From assembly GCA_964016885.1 (NCBI GenBank), contig OZ024754.1, positions 682,001 through 746,000 of the forward strand: 64,000 nucleotides of DNA, given 5' to 3'. The stretch is from Eledone cirrhosa. Its lineage: Eukaryota. Position numbers and translations under genes: made by a program. Shown in pieces: positions 37,872 through 52,093 of the stretch. Position 1 is the first letter of the stretch. Each line of letters starts with the position of its first letter. The notes under the pieces are model-generated. The model saw only the letters and a program-made list of their open reading frames with translations, did no database searches and had not been told where the DNA came from.

Positions 37872-38436
37872 TATGTATGTGTATGTATATATATATATGT
37901 ATGTGTATGTATATATATATGTATGTGTATGTATGTATGTATATATGTGTATGTATGTATATGTATGTGTATGTATGTATATATATGTGTATGTATATAT
38001 ATATATATGTATGTGTATGTATATATATATATGTATGTGTATGTATATATATATATATATGTATGTGTATGTATATATATATATGTGTATGTATGTATAT
38101 ATATATATGTGTATGTATGTATATATATATATGTGTATGTATATATATATATATATGTATGTGTATGTATATATATATATGTGTATGTATATATATATAT
38201 GTGTATGTATGTATATATATATATATATGTATGTGTATGTATATATATATGTGTATGTATATATATGTATGTGTATGTATATATGTATGTGTATGTATAT
38301 ATATATATGTATGTGTATGTATATATATATATATGTATGTGTATGTATATATATATATGTATGTGTATGTATATATATATATGTATGTGTATGTATATAT
38401 ATATGTGTGTATGTATATATATATGTATGTGTATGT

Positions 38437-38468
<32 letters not shown>

Positions 38469-39326
38469 GTATGTATATATATATATGTATGTGTATGTAT
38501 ATATATATATATGTATGTATATATATATATGTATGTATGTATATATATATATGTATGTATATATATATATGTGTATGTATATATATATATGTGTATGTAT
38601 ATATATATATGTGTATGTATATATATATATGTGTATGTATATATATATATGTGTATGTATGTATATATATGTATGTATGTATGTATATATATATATATAT
38701 ATGTATGTGTATGTATATATATATATATGTATGTGTATGTATATATATATATGTATGTGTATGTATATATATATATATGTATGTGTATGTATATATATAT
38801 ATATGTATGTGTATGTATATATATATATGTGTATGTATATATATATATGTATGTGTATGTATATATATATATGTGTATGTATATATATATATGTATGTGT
38901 ATGTATATATATATATGTGTATGTATATATATGTATGTGTATGTATATATATATGTGTATGTATATATATGTATGTATATGTGTATGTATATATATATAT
39001 GTGTATGTATATATATGTATGTATATGTGTATGTATATATATGTATGTGTATGTATATATATGTATGTGTATGTATATATATATGTATGTGTATGTATAT
39101 ATATATATGTGTATGTATATATATATATATGTGTATGTATATATATATATATATATATATGTGTATGTATAATATATATATGTGTATGTATATATATATA
39201 TATGTGTATGTATATATATATATATGTGTATGTATATATATATATGTGTATGTATATATATATATGTGTATGTATATATATATATGTGTATGTATATATA
39301 TATATGTGTATGTATATATATTTATG

Positions 39327-39359
<33 letters not shown>

Positions 39360-39674
39360 GAATGTGTATATATATATATATATATATGAATGTGTATATA
39401 TATGTATATGAATGTGTGAATATATATATATATATATTTATGTATGTGTGTATATATATGTATGTATGTGTGTATATATATGTATGTATGTGTGTATATA
39501 TATGTATGTATGTGTGTATATATATGTATGTATGTATGTGTGTATATATATATATATGTGTGTATATATATATGTGTATATATGTGTATATATATGTATA
39601 TATGTGTATATATATGTATATATATGTGTATATATGTGTATATATGTGTATATATGTGTATATATATGTATATA

Positions 39675-39741
<67 letters not shown>

Positions 39742-40130
39742 GTATGTATATATATGTGAATCTGTATATATGTGTGTATGTATATGTATGTATATGCATA
39801 TATGTATGTGTATGTATGTATATGTATGTATGTATGTATATGTATGTATGTATGTATGTGTATGTATATATGTATGTATGTGTATGTATATAAGTATGTA
39901 TGTATATGTATGTATGTATATGTATATGTGTATGTATGTATATGTGTATGTATGTATGTGTGTATGTGTATGTGTGTATATGTGTATGTATGTATATGTG
40001 TATGTATGTATGTATGTATGTGTATATATGAATGTATGTGTGTGTATATATATATGTATGTATATGTATGTATGTATATATATATATGTATGTATAGATA
40101 TGCATGTATATATATATATATATATGTATA
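35950..40130. repeat. Compound (TA)n/(TATG)n microsatellite, ~4.2 kb
   Basis: Direct reading; contains higher-order units. Confidence 0.97.
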
Positions 40131-40617
40131 AAACATAAAAACCCCACCTCCTCCCAACTATTAAATTTTAAAATCTTTTCTTTTAAAAAAAGCAACAATC
40201 TGTCTATGCTCTTACTTACAAAGAATATTATTACCGGTTAAGTGCCCCTGGATTGAAAAAAAAGGGATTATTAGAAGAAAAAAGAGGAAAGAAAAACGAC
40301 AAAACAAAAAAAAACTTTTAACTTCTATTTGCTTTAATAGAATAAATATCTATCTTCCCCAATTACACACACACACAAATGAAATAACAAGACCCCCCCC
40401 CCCGTCCCCCAAACTGTTCTGAGAATGAAAACTGTTTTTTTTTAATGGATGGGGAAAATAGATGAAAATATAAAAGCCTTGCTAATTTTCATTGCTGGCA
40501 TGTTGCCTTTATATTATGACATGTCTGGTAAGAATGGGCACTTTTGTTTAACTAGATCTTAAAAATGCTTTCTTGTGCCATGGAATTTAGTGGCAAATTT
40601 ATTATTATTATTATTAC

Positions 40618-40654
<37 letters not shown>

Positions 40655-41087
40655 AGTATTATTATTATTGATATTATTATCATTATAATTATTAATATTA
40701 AAGTTGATAATTTAAGAATATTCTAGGGTACCCTTATTATTTTGTTTCTTTATTAAACCTCATGAAAAAATTTCTCTTTTCCGCCCTCCTTCCTCCTCTC
40801 TGTCTGTCTCTCTCACTTTCTCTCCTCTAACAGGGATGGCTGTCCTTTCTGCATATTATAATTGAAAACCTGACAGAGAGGATATTTTATGGGAGAAAGG
40901 ACGAAGAAATTGTTCGGCAAGCCAGGCTTCATAAATATTTGAAGGAGCAGCATAATTTGTGATTTTATTTTGGTTACAAAATTATTATTCCATTATCTTT
41001 ACTCCGTGGTATTGTCGCTAAATGCCATATCTGTTTATATATATATATAATATACACACATACAGAGACAGAGAGACAGAGAGGGGG

Positions 41088-41266
41088 GTGAAGTTGTAAA
41101 TAGCATGGAAAATATATTTTAGGGTCTGTTTTTCTTTTTTTTCCCTTTCTTTGATTCGTCAAAGCGACTTTCATTGAAATTTCAATGTCAGTTTAATGAA
41201 TTAAAGAAAGGAAAAGAAAAAAAAACAGACCCTAAAATATATTTTCCGTGCTATTTCCAACTTCAC
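41088..41266. repeat. Imperfect inverted repeat, ~70-bp arms
   Basis: gtgaagttgtaaatagcatggaaaatatattttagggtctg / cagaccctaaaatatattttccgtgctatttccaacttcac. Confidence 0.8.
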
Positions 41267-41360
41267 ATTTTCTCTATAACCAGTTTTGTATCGAACCTTG
41301 CCTCCCTTTTCAAATATATATATATATATGTATGTTTGTGTGTGTGTGTTTTTATATATA

Positions 41361-42157
41361 GGCAGGCTGTATGAGGCCTGCATACGGACAGCAATGTTGC
41401 ATCGCAGTGAGACCTGGGCATTGTGTGCAGAGGATATACGCAGACTAGAGAGGAACGAAGCTTGCATATTCCGCTGGATGTGTAATAGTAATATACGTGA
41501 ACGGCAAAGCATAAACGAACTAAGGGAAAAATTAGGAATAAGAGGGATCAGATGTTGTTTACTCGAGAGAAGGCTACGTTGGTATGGTCACGTGATGCGC
41601 ATGAAAGACGACAGCTGTATAAAAAAGTGCAGGGCAATAAAAATAGACGGTTGCCACGGAGTAGGCAGACCCAGAAAAACCTGGGACGACTTGATAAATT
41701 CCGACCTCACACACTTACACCTCTCCAAGACAATGTCACTGGACCGAGATCTTTGGCGCTACTCAGTAATAGAGAAGACCCGCCTTACCTAAATACAAAG
41801 TAAAACCTACTACAGTCAGTAGGCATCTCTAACAAAATACACCCCATCCACACCACCCCTTTCAATGTAAAGTTATGTTGGTACCACAACATTCAGGCCG
41901 AAACAAATGAGGTCGTGTAGGTGTCACGAAAAAAAAAAACCACACAGTCCACGCTGTAATGTGGCCGTGTAGGTAACACGGTAAAAACCTCCCAGTTCCA
42001 CACTAAATGTGGTTGGTGTTAGGAAGGGCATCCAGCCGTAGAAAAGCCGCCAGACATTCCTATGCGAGCAAGACAACCACTCTTGCTTCAAGTGGGAAAA
42101 CTCCCGTCCAAACCCATGCAAGTGTGGAATATGGACGTTAAACGATGATGATGATGA
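41361..42157 (+). mobile_element. RTE LINE 3' fragment
   Basis: [19 protein letters not shown]...RRLRWYGHV; 3' UTR and (GAT)n tail. Confidence 0.92.
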
Positions 42158-42190
<33 letters not shown>

Positions 42191-42417
42191 TTATATGTAT
42201 GTTCTTCTGGTTTTATAATTTCACAAATTTTTGCCAGTAGAGTCAGTTTCTAACATAGACACAAGACTCTCTTTGGAATTTACACATCAACTAGGTAGAT
42301 ATGTATGTATGCATGTCTGCGTGCATGCATGTGTAGGTATGGATGTTATTGTATGTGTGGATGTATTTGTTTTGAGTTGTATGTATGTGTGTGTATATGC
42401 TTTGTATCTGTAAATCT

Positions 42418-43478
42418 TTAGAATGTTTTACATATTTTTACTGTTCCATTAATGGATTGTACTTGTAATTTCCTAACTAGTTGTGTTCTTTCTGTTCCTG
42501 TGAAGCCCAGCTTCTCAAGACTTCTATTGAGGCAATTACTAACATATCCCAGTGCCCCAATAATCACAGGCATAAATCTGAAGGTATAATCAGAGTGGAG
42601 TATCTGCAGATTTCTTATTAGTTCAGCATCGATATTCTCCTTTTCGCTAATCTTTGATATTATATTGGCAGCTGCCCAGCAGATGCCAATATAATATCAA
42701 ACTTCCACTACTGTGCATGCCTTCTTTTCCCTGTCCGATATCATTATATCTGGTCTGTTATGTCTGCATTTTATTGGGGTTTTTACTAGAACATTCCACC
42801 AGTACTCTTTCATATTATGTATATGTATGTCTTCCACATTGCTGTAGGTTTTAATGTTTATTATTGGGGCTATCTTTACTACGGATTGCATTGTACAGTG
42901 TTTTGGCCACTACAGCGTGCCTCATAGGTAGATAGTACTGCGATGACAGCTGCTTATGACATGGGTGACATGTTTGATGTTAGTTCTGCAGTCTACTTGT
43001 TGGCACATCTAGGTGTTTTGCCTGCCTCCCTATCTGTTTTGTGAATCAGGTATTTTGTGTTGATTTCCTGTTCTTGGATTGCAAAAAGCGTATCCTTCAA
43101 AATGGGAGCCAATATAGCAGTTGTTGGTCCAAGATAGACTACTTTATCTATATTACTCTCACTCTGGAGCTTTCTGGCAACATATCCATGCCTGATTTTT
43201 GCTGACAAGCATGCAGTTTTTCATTCATGATCCACTGTGATACTGCTGAGTGACTTCCCTGGGTGTGAGCTTTTGATTATGACAGGGAATATCTTTCGAG
43301 GAGTTTCTTCCAACTCTCATGATCATAACTGTTTCATGCAGATAGACTTGCTCAAGAGACGGGCTTCAAGGTTCGTAGATGTTGTCGGAGGGATATAATG
43401 CGACATTCAAATGCTGTCTGGACTGATGTTAGACCTCTGCCTCCCTGCTTACGTTTCAAGTAAAGGCAGTCTGTCACT
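42418..43478 (-). mobile_element. R4/Dong-type non-LTR retrotransposon relic (restriction-like endonuclease)
   Basis: LYLKRKQGGRGL, FAIQEQEINTKY, EYWWN..HNRPDIMISD..KACTVVEV and PVIIGALG motifs. Confidence 0.8.
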
Positions 43479-43552
43479 GTTGATGTATATATGTATATAG
43501 GTATTAGTATATATATATATGTATATGTGTGTGTATATATGTATATATAGTG

Positions 43553-43825
43553 AAGTCGCATGGCTTAGTGGTTAGAGTATTAGGCTTGCAATCGAAAGGT
43601 TATGAGTTCAATTCTCCGACCGGTGATGTGTTGTTTCCTTGAGCAAGGCACTTTATTTCACGTTGCTCCAGTTTACTGAGCTGAAAATGAGTACCAGCAA
43701 AAACTGGAGGCTTAACCCTGCGATGGACTGGCGTCCTGTCCAGGTTAGTCTTGTACTCTCATCCCAGTTTCATGGCGTGAAGCGACTAAGCACTGGCCAA
43801 ATAAGCCTTCTGGCTTAAGACAGAC
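43553..43825 (+). mobile_element. tRNA-derived SINE with a V-domain-like segment
   Basis: A box tggcttagtgg; B box gagttcaattc; ccctgcgatggactggcgtcctgtccagg. Confidence 0.75.
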
Positions 43826-43838
43826 TTTTTTGTGTGTG

Positions 43839-43869
<31 letters not shown>

Positions 43870-43879
43870 ACATATATGT

Positions 43880-44032
43880 ATCATCATCGTTTAACGTCCA
43901 TCTTCCACACTTGCATGGGTTTGGATGGGAGTTTTCGCACTTGAAGCAAGAGTGGTTGTCTTGCTCGCATAGGAATGTCTGGCGTCTTTCTACGGCTGGA
44001 TGCCCTTCCTAACACCAACCACGTTTACAGTG
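43880..44032 (-). mobile_element. RTE LINE 3' tail fragment
   Basis: Reverse complement of 42005-42155. Confidence 0.85.
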
Positions 44033-44065
44033 CGTGTGTGTGTATATATATATACATATAATATA

Positions 44066-44283
44066 AGATCAAAAGATGGTTAAAAGAGTTCCAAGTATTT
44101 TATGCGCATTTCAAAAGCAAATATCATCTTGGGATGATATCTGCGTTCTCATCAGATAAAATAGTGATACATGATATGAAGCTTAAAAAGCACTTGTGAA
44201 TAGTGAAGTTTTAAATCATATGTTGATTTAAAACTTCACTATCCACAAGTGTTTTTTAAGCTTCATATCATGTATCCCTATTT
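44066..44283 (-). mobile_element. Penelope pLTR relic with hammerhead motif and inverted duplication
   Basis: Minus strand CTGATGA-long stem II-GAAA-TGCGCA-TA (44096-44163); 60-bp inverted arms, 44159-44218 and 44224-44283. Confidence 0.65.
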
Positions 44284-44849
44284 AGGGTTTATATACTGAA
44301 GTATTTATAAAGAGGTGCGAAAATGTTTTATTAAAATGTATTATTAAAATAAAATAAAGTGAATAAAAATAAAATTAAATGATTTATAAGCTTAGAGATG
44401 ATATAGGGTCTAGTTTATTTAAATAGATTGCTTAAATAATTACTTTTTCAATTACAAAGACAAGCATGGAAAGAGAGAACAAAAAAAAAAAACGATGTTA
44501 ATATTAATAAATTTGAAGTAAAAAATTGGGAATAGAGCGGCTAAAGAAAAAATAATATTGAGAAGAAATACAAAGAAACATTAAATATGAACTATTTAAA
44601 AAATAGTTTGTATCCCAAGAAGATAAAGGAGTTTGCTACAGTGACTTAAAAATTAGGGGACCAAAAACGTCATAGTATGAATAAACTTTGTAAAATGTAC
44701 TGAAATATGCGAGAAAAAAAGGGTAGAGATGATTGCCTAAACACGTAATGAATTCTTCACACGTCCCCCGTCTCGAAACACCTCTTACATAACTACAAAG
44801 CTTCGGATTGAATCACAATATCCTAATTTCTTCTCAACTAGAAACTTTT

Positions 44850-44996
44850 CGGACTTTCGCAGTTATCTCCCTTACATCTCTCGCATGCTTTTTAGTATTG
44901 CCTGTGTAAAGTGACGGTTTCTGCGCATGCCTGTCTGTACGATTGCCCTTCCTGTTCCGTATAAGCAGGTCCATTACGAGCTAAGGATCCGTAAGG
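44850..44996 (+). promoter_or_regulatory. Candidate housekeeping promoter and short first exon
   Basis: CpG-rich patch; AGTTATCTCCCTT; NRF1-like TGCGCATGC; pyrimidine initiator CCCTTCCTGTTCC; donor GTAAGG at 44991. Confidence 0.35.
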
Positions 44997-45052
44997 TGAA
45001 ACAATTGTTCTCAGTATGGTGAAATAACTTGTGTAAGCACTTCTATGTATAG

Positions 45053-45083
<31 letters not shown>

Positions 45084-45177
45084 ATGTATGTATATATATA
45101 TATATATGTATGTATATGTATGTATATATATATATATATATGTATGTATATGTATACATATATATTATATATATATG

Positions 45178-45299
<122 letters not shown>

Positions 45300-45303
45300 T
45301 ATA

Positions 45304-45503
45304 NNNNNNNNNNNNNNNNNNNNNNNNNNNNNNNNNNNNNNNNNNNNNNNNNNNNNNNNNNNNNNNNNNNNNNNNNNNNNNNNNNNNNNNNNNNNNNNNN
45401 NNNNNNNNNNNNNNNNNNNNNNNNNNNNNNNNNNNNNNNNNNNNNNNNNNNNNNNNNNNNNNNNNNNNNNNNNNNNNNNNNNNNNNNNNNNNNNNNNNNN
45501 NNN
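45304..45503. other. Assembly gap (200 N)
   Basis: Run of N. Confidence 1.
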
Positions 45504-46021
45504 AGTCCAGCCAGCGACTTGAAAACTCTGGCACAAAGACTACACTTGTGACCATTATTGACACATAGTGCAGGGCCCATGATACCATGTGATGACAAGT
45601 GCAGAGAGATCTCCAGATATAAAGCAATGCCTGTGCTGTGAAGCTTTTATAGTGAGCAAAGGCACTGCACAAAGCCAGTCCCACTCTCTTAACCAAGATG
45701 ATATTTACCAAAAAGAAGAACAAGTCAACATCATTGGATACCATCAGGGTTGCAGGTGTTATATCAGAGTTTTCCTTCTCCTAGAATTCTGCCTTGACAA
45801 AGGCTAAGGGGTCATCTCTCCCGGTGATTTTGGATGGCTATTGAGTCTTAAGAGCTCCCTTGCCCTTTGACAGGTTTTGTTTTTAGTCCTGCAGGATGTC
45901 CAAAGTCACCCTCCTCACCAAGAAACCTTGGTGGGGTTGCCAGTTTAGTCGCCAACGACCCGACCATGAGACAGGTTGTACTGGGATACATGTTACCAGT
46001 AGCACCAACTGGTGACCTGAC
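45504..46021 (-). mobile_element. Bipartite RTE-derived non-autonomous element, copy 1 (cut by the gap)
   Basis: Near-identical to 46561-47168. Confidence 0.8.
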
Positions 46022-46114
46022 ATAATATATATATATACATATATATATACATACATATATATATACATACATACATATATATACATATATATATATATAC
46101 ATACATATATATAC

Positions 46115-46145
<31 letters not shown>

Positions 46146-46158
46146 CATATATATATAC

Positions 46159-46189
<31 letters not shown>

Positions 46190-46199
46190 CATACATATA

Positions 46200-46237
<38 letters not shown>

Positions 46238-46369
46238 CATATATATATATACATACATATATATATACATACATATATATATACATACATATATACATAC
46301 ATATATATATACATACATATATATATACATACATATATACATACATATATACATACATATATATACATA

Positions 46370-46407
<38 letters not shown>

Positions 46408-46440
46408 CATATATATATATATATACATACATATATATAC

Positions 46441-46482
<42 letters not shown>

Positions 46483-46490
46483 ATACATAC

Positions 46491-46537
<47 letters not shown>

Positions 46538-46560
46538 CACATATATATACATACATATAT

Positions 46561-47168
46561 GGTGGCTGCCAACTCGTTTTCGAGTACGGCCACTACTTTA
46601 TATCCATGTAGGAGAACCCCTACTGATGCGCTAAACGAGTGTGACTTTTCAGTCCAGCCAGCGACTTGAAAACTCGGGTACAAACACTACACTTGTGACA
46701 ATTATTGACACATAGTGCTGGGCCCATGGTACCATGTCACGACAAGTGCAGAGAGATCTCCAGATATAAAGCAATGCCTGTGCCGTGAAGCTTTTATAGT
46801 GAGCAAAGGCACTGCACAAAGCCAGTCCCACTCTCTTAACCAAGATGATATTTACCAAAAAGAAGAACAAGTCAACATCATTGGATACCATCAGAGTTGC
46901 AGGTGTTATATCAGAGTTTTCCTTCTCCTAGAATTCTGCCTCGACAAAGGCTAAGGGGTCATCTCTCCCGGTGATTTTGGATGGCCATTGACTCTTAAGA
47001 GCTCCTTTGCCCTTTGACAGGTTTTGTTTTTAGTCCTGCAGGATGTCCAAAGTCACCCTCCTCACCAAGCAACCTTGGTGGGGTTGCCAGTTTAGTCGCC
47101 AACGACCCGACCATGAGACAGGTTGTACTGGGATACATGTTACCAGTAGCACCAACTGGTGACCTGAC
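46561..47168 (-). mobile_element. Bipartite RTE-derived non-autonomous element, copy 2 (608 bp)
   Basis: RTE-type 5' UTR motif TCTAGGAGAAGGAAAACTCTGA joined to a terminal zinc finger [25 protein letters not shown] and a 3' stem-loop ACTCG-AAAA-CGAGT. Confidence 0.75.
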
Positions 47169-47227
47169 ATACATATATATACACATATATACATACATAT
47201 ATATATACATATATATATATACATACA

Positions 47228-47279
<52 letters not shown>

Positions 47280-48610
47280 CATATATATATATATATATAC
47301 ATACATATATATATATATACACATATATATATATATACACATATATATATATATATACATACATATATATATATACATACATATATATATACACATAGAT
47401 ATATATATATACACATATATATACACATATATATATATATATACATACATATATATACACATATATATATATATATACATACATATATATATATATACAC
47501 ATATATATATATATACATACATATATATATATATATACATACATATATATATACACATATATATATATATACACATATATATACACATATATATATACAT
47601 ATATATATATACATATATATATACACATATATATATACACATATATACATATATATATATATCTATCTACATATATATATATATCTATCTACATATATAT
47701 ACATATATATATATCTATATACATATATATACATATATATATATCTATATACATATACATATATATATATCTATATACATATATATATATCTATATACAT
47801 ATATATATATATCTATCTACATATATATATATCTATCTATATATATATATATATCTATATATATATATATCTATCTACATATATATATATATCTATCTAC
47901 ATATATCTATCTATCTATCTACATATATCTATCTATCTATCTACATATATCTATCTATCTATCTACATATATCTATCTATCTATCTACATATATCTATCT
48001 ATCTATCTACATATATCTATCTATCTATCTACATATATCTATCTATCTATCTACATATATCTATCTATCTATCTACATATATCTATCTATCTATCTACAT
48101 ATATCTATCTATCTATCTACATATATCTATCTATCTATCTACATATATCTATCTATCTATCTACATATATCTATCTATCTATCTACATATATCTATCTAT
48201 CTATCTACATATATCTATCTATCTATCTACATATATCTATCTATCTATCTACATATATCTATCTATCTATCTACATATATCTATCTATCTATCTACATAT
48301 ATCTATCTATCTATCTACATATATCTATCTACATATATCTATCTATCTATCTACATATATCTATCTATCTATCTACATATATCTATCTATCTACATATAT
48401 CTATCTATCTATCTATCTACATATATCTATCTATCTATCTATCTACATATATGTAGATAGATAGATAGATAGATATATGTAGATAGATAGATAGATAGAT
48501 AGATATATCTATCTATCTATCTACATATATCTATCTATCTACATATATCTATCTATCTACATATATCTATCTATCTATCTCTCTATCTCTCTATTTATCT
48601 ATCTATCTAT
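47169..48610. repeat. (TA/TACA)n grading into a (TATC)n-based 22-bp satellite
   Basis: Direct reading. Confidence 0.95.
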
Positions 48611-48799
48611 CGTTATTGTTGTTGTTATTGCCTCCTCCTTATTGAGGACGCCTTTTTGTGTAAACTCCCCCCTTTGTACTTGTCCCACTTTTGATGCCCT
48701 AGTGGCAAATAAAAGAAACTTTTTACACGACTATGTAAAATCCCTGGCATGTCTTTGTATTGTCGCCTTTCTTGTTGCGCCCTTGTGGCTAATAAAGAA

Positions 48800-49740
48800 A
48801 TCTATCTATCTATCTATCTATCGCGGGTAAAATTCCCGAGATCCATGGACGAGTTCTCTCCAGCGGTCTCTGTCCCTCATCATCGCTGCCATGTCCTGCG
48901 TTTCCAACAGACCAGTGTCTGTCCTTAGGGCATCAACATACGTTAACCTTGGTCTTCCTCTTCTAATGTGTCCATGTAGGGGCTCCCACAGGAGTACTGA
49001 GTGCAATGTCAACTCTGGATGTCGGTGAGCATGTCCAGCCAACCTCAGTCTCCTATGTGTCACTTTTGAGCTGACTTTTGGGATGCTCCCATACAGCTCT
49101 GAGTTTTTCATCCTCAGTGTATACTGATTAATGTTCAGAGCCATCCTCAGCATTCTCGTGTAGCACCCATCCACCATCTTAGTGAGTTTCTTGGTCCACC
49201 AATCCACCATCTGAGTGAGTTTCTTGGTCAGTGTCCAAGTCTCAGACCCATACAGCAGCACAGACTCCACTACAGCAATGAAGAGGCGGATTTTCAGGTC
49301 TTTACAAAGGTCCGACTTCCACACCGATCTCAAGCTGTGGCACGCCGCCCAGGCTTTGCTCTTCCTCTCAACCACATCATCTTCCGTATTCCCAATCTTT
49401 GCCCCCATATACAGGAAGCCCTCAATCAATTCTAACAGCTTCCCGCCTATATTAGTGATCCCCTCTGGCTTCAACATTTTCTACCAGATATTTTGTTTTA
49501 GTCTCATTCATTCTCAGCCCCACACTCATCGACACAGTCTCCACCTCCCGCATCAAATCCTCTGCCTCCTTCACTGTATTTGTCACCAAAACTATGTTGT
49601 CGGCAAATTCAGCATCCAATACCTTTTTCGCCCGAACTCTCCTGCTCTCAGCCGGTGCTACAGTAAAGCCAGAGTCCTGGTGTTTCTCCAGTGCAAGGCG
49701 CATACAATAGTCCACTACGATGATAAAAAGGTAGGGAGCC
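48800..49740 (-). mobile_element. LINE (RTE-like, second family) RT 3' fragment with (TAGA)n tail
   Basis: [34 protein letters not shown] and RRLRLAGH; the stop TAG runs into (TAGA)n. Confidence 0.9.
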
Positions 49741-49889
49741 ATACATACATACATATATATATATATACACACATACATACACACATATATACATACACAC
49801 ATATATACATACATACATACATATATACATATATATATATATACATACATATATATATACATACATACATACATACATACATACATACA

Positions 49890-49953
<64 letters not shown>

Positions 49954-50071
49954 CATACATATATACACACATACATATATACACACATACATATATACAC
50001 ACATACATATATACACACATACATATATATACACATACATATATATATACATACATATATATATACATACA

Positions 50072-50119
<48 letters not shown>

Positions 50120-50141
50120 CATACATATATATATACATACA

Positions 50142-50189
<48 letters not shown>

Positions 50190-51968
50190 CATACATATAT
50201 ATATACATACATATATATATACATACATATATATATACATACATATATATATACATATATATATACATACATATATATATACATACATATATATATATAC
50301 ATACATACATATATACATACATATATATATACATACATATATATATACATACATATATATATACATACATATATATATAAACATACATATATATATACAT
50401 ACATATATATATACATACATATATATATACATACATATATATATACATACATATATATATACATACATACATATATATACATACATACATATATACATAC
50501 ATACATACATATACATACATACATATATATACATACATACATATATACATACATACATATATATACATACATACATATATATACATACATACATATATAT
50601 ACATACATACATATATATACATACATACATATATATACATACATACATATACATACATATATATATATACATACATATATATATACATACATATATATAT
50701 ACATACATACATATACACATACATACACATACATACATATATATACATACATACATATACATACATACATACATATATACATACATACATACATACATAT
50801 ACATACATACATATATACATACATATACATACATACATACATATACATACATATATACATACATACATACATATACATACATATATATATATATACATAC
50901 ATATATATATACATACATATATACATACATATATATACACATACATATATACATACATATATATACACATATATATATACATATATATATACATATACAC
51001 ATATATATACACATATATATACACACATATATATACATATATATATACACACATATATATACATATATATATATATACATATATATATATACATATATAC
51101 ATATATATATATATATACATATATATATACATATACATATATATATATACATATATATATATACATATATATATATACATATATATATATACATATATAT
51201 ATATACATATATATATATACATATATATATATACATATATACATATATACATATATACATATATACATATATATATATACATATATACATATACATATAT
51301 ACATATATATATATACATATATATATATACATATATATATATACATATATATATATACATATATATATATACATATATATATATACATATATATATATAC
51401 ATATATATATATACATATATATATATACATATATATATATACATATATATATATACATATATATACATATATATATATACATATATATATATACATATAT
51501 ATATATATACATATATATATATACATATATATATATACATATATATATATACATATATACATATATATATATACATATATACATATACACATATATACAT
51601 ATACATATATATATATACATATACATATACATATATACATATACACATATATATATACACATATATATATACATATATATATATATACATATATATATAC
51701 ATATATATATATATACATATATATATACATATATATATACATATATATATATATACATATATATATATACATATATACATATATATATATACATATATAT
51801 ATATACATATATATATATACATATATATATATACATATATATATATACATATATATATATACATATATATATATACATATATATATATACATATATATAT
51901 ATACATATATATATATATACATATATATATATACACATATATATATATATACATATATATATATACAC

Positions 51969-52031
<63 letters not shown>

Positions 52032-52046
52032 CATATATATATATAC

Positions 52047-52093
<47 letters not shown>

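Noticed and set aside
43553-43625. tRNA gene
   Set aside because: A and B boxes are present, but there is no cloverleaf and the sequence continues into a SINE body.
46620-46700. Host C2H2 zinc-finger gene
   Set aside because: It is a single finger inside a repeated element, positioned like the C-terminal finger of RTE ORFs, and frameshifted in other copies.
48610-48800. Two tandem gccct(a/t)gtggc-AATAAA motifs as gene polyadenylation sites
   Set aside because: They look like stacked retro-element 3' ends within satellite; no upstream exon supports a gene.
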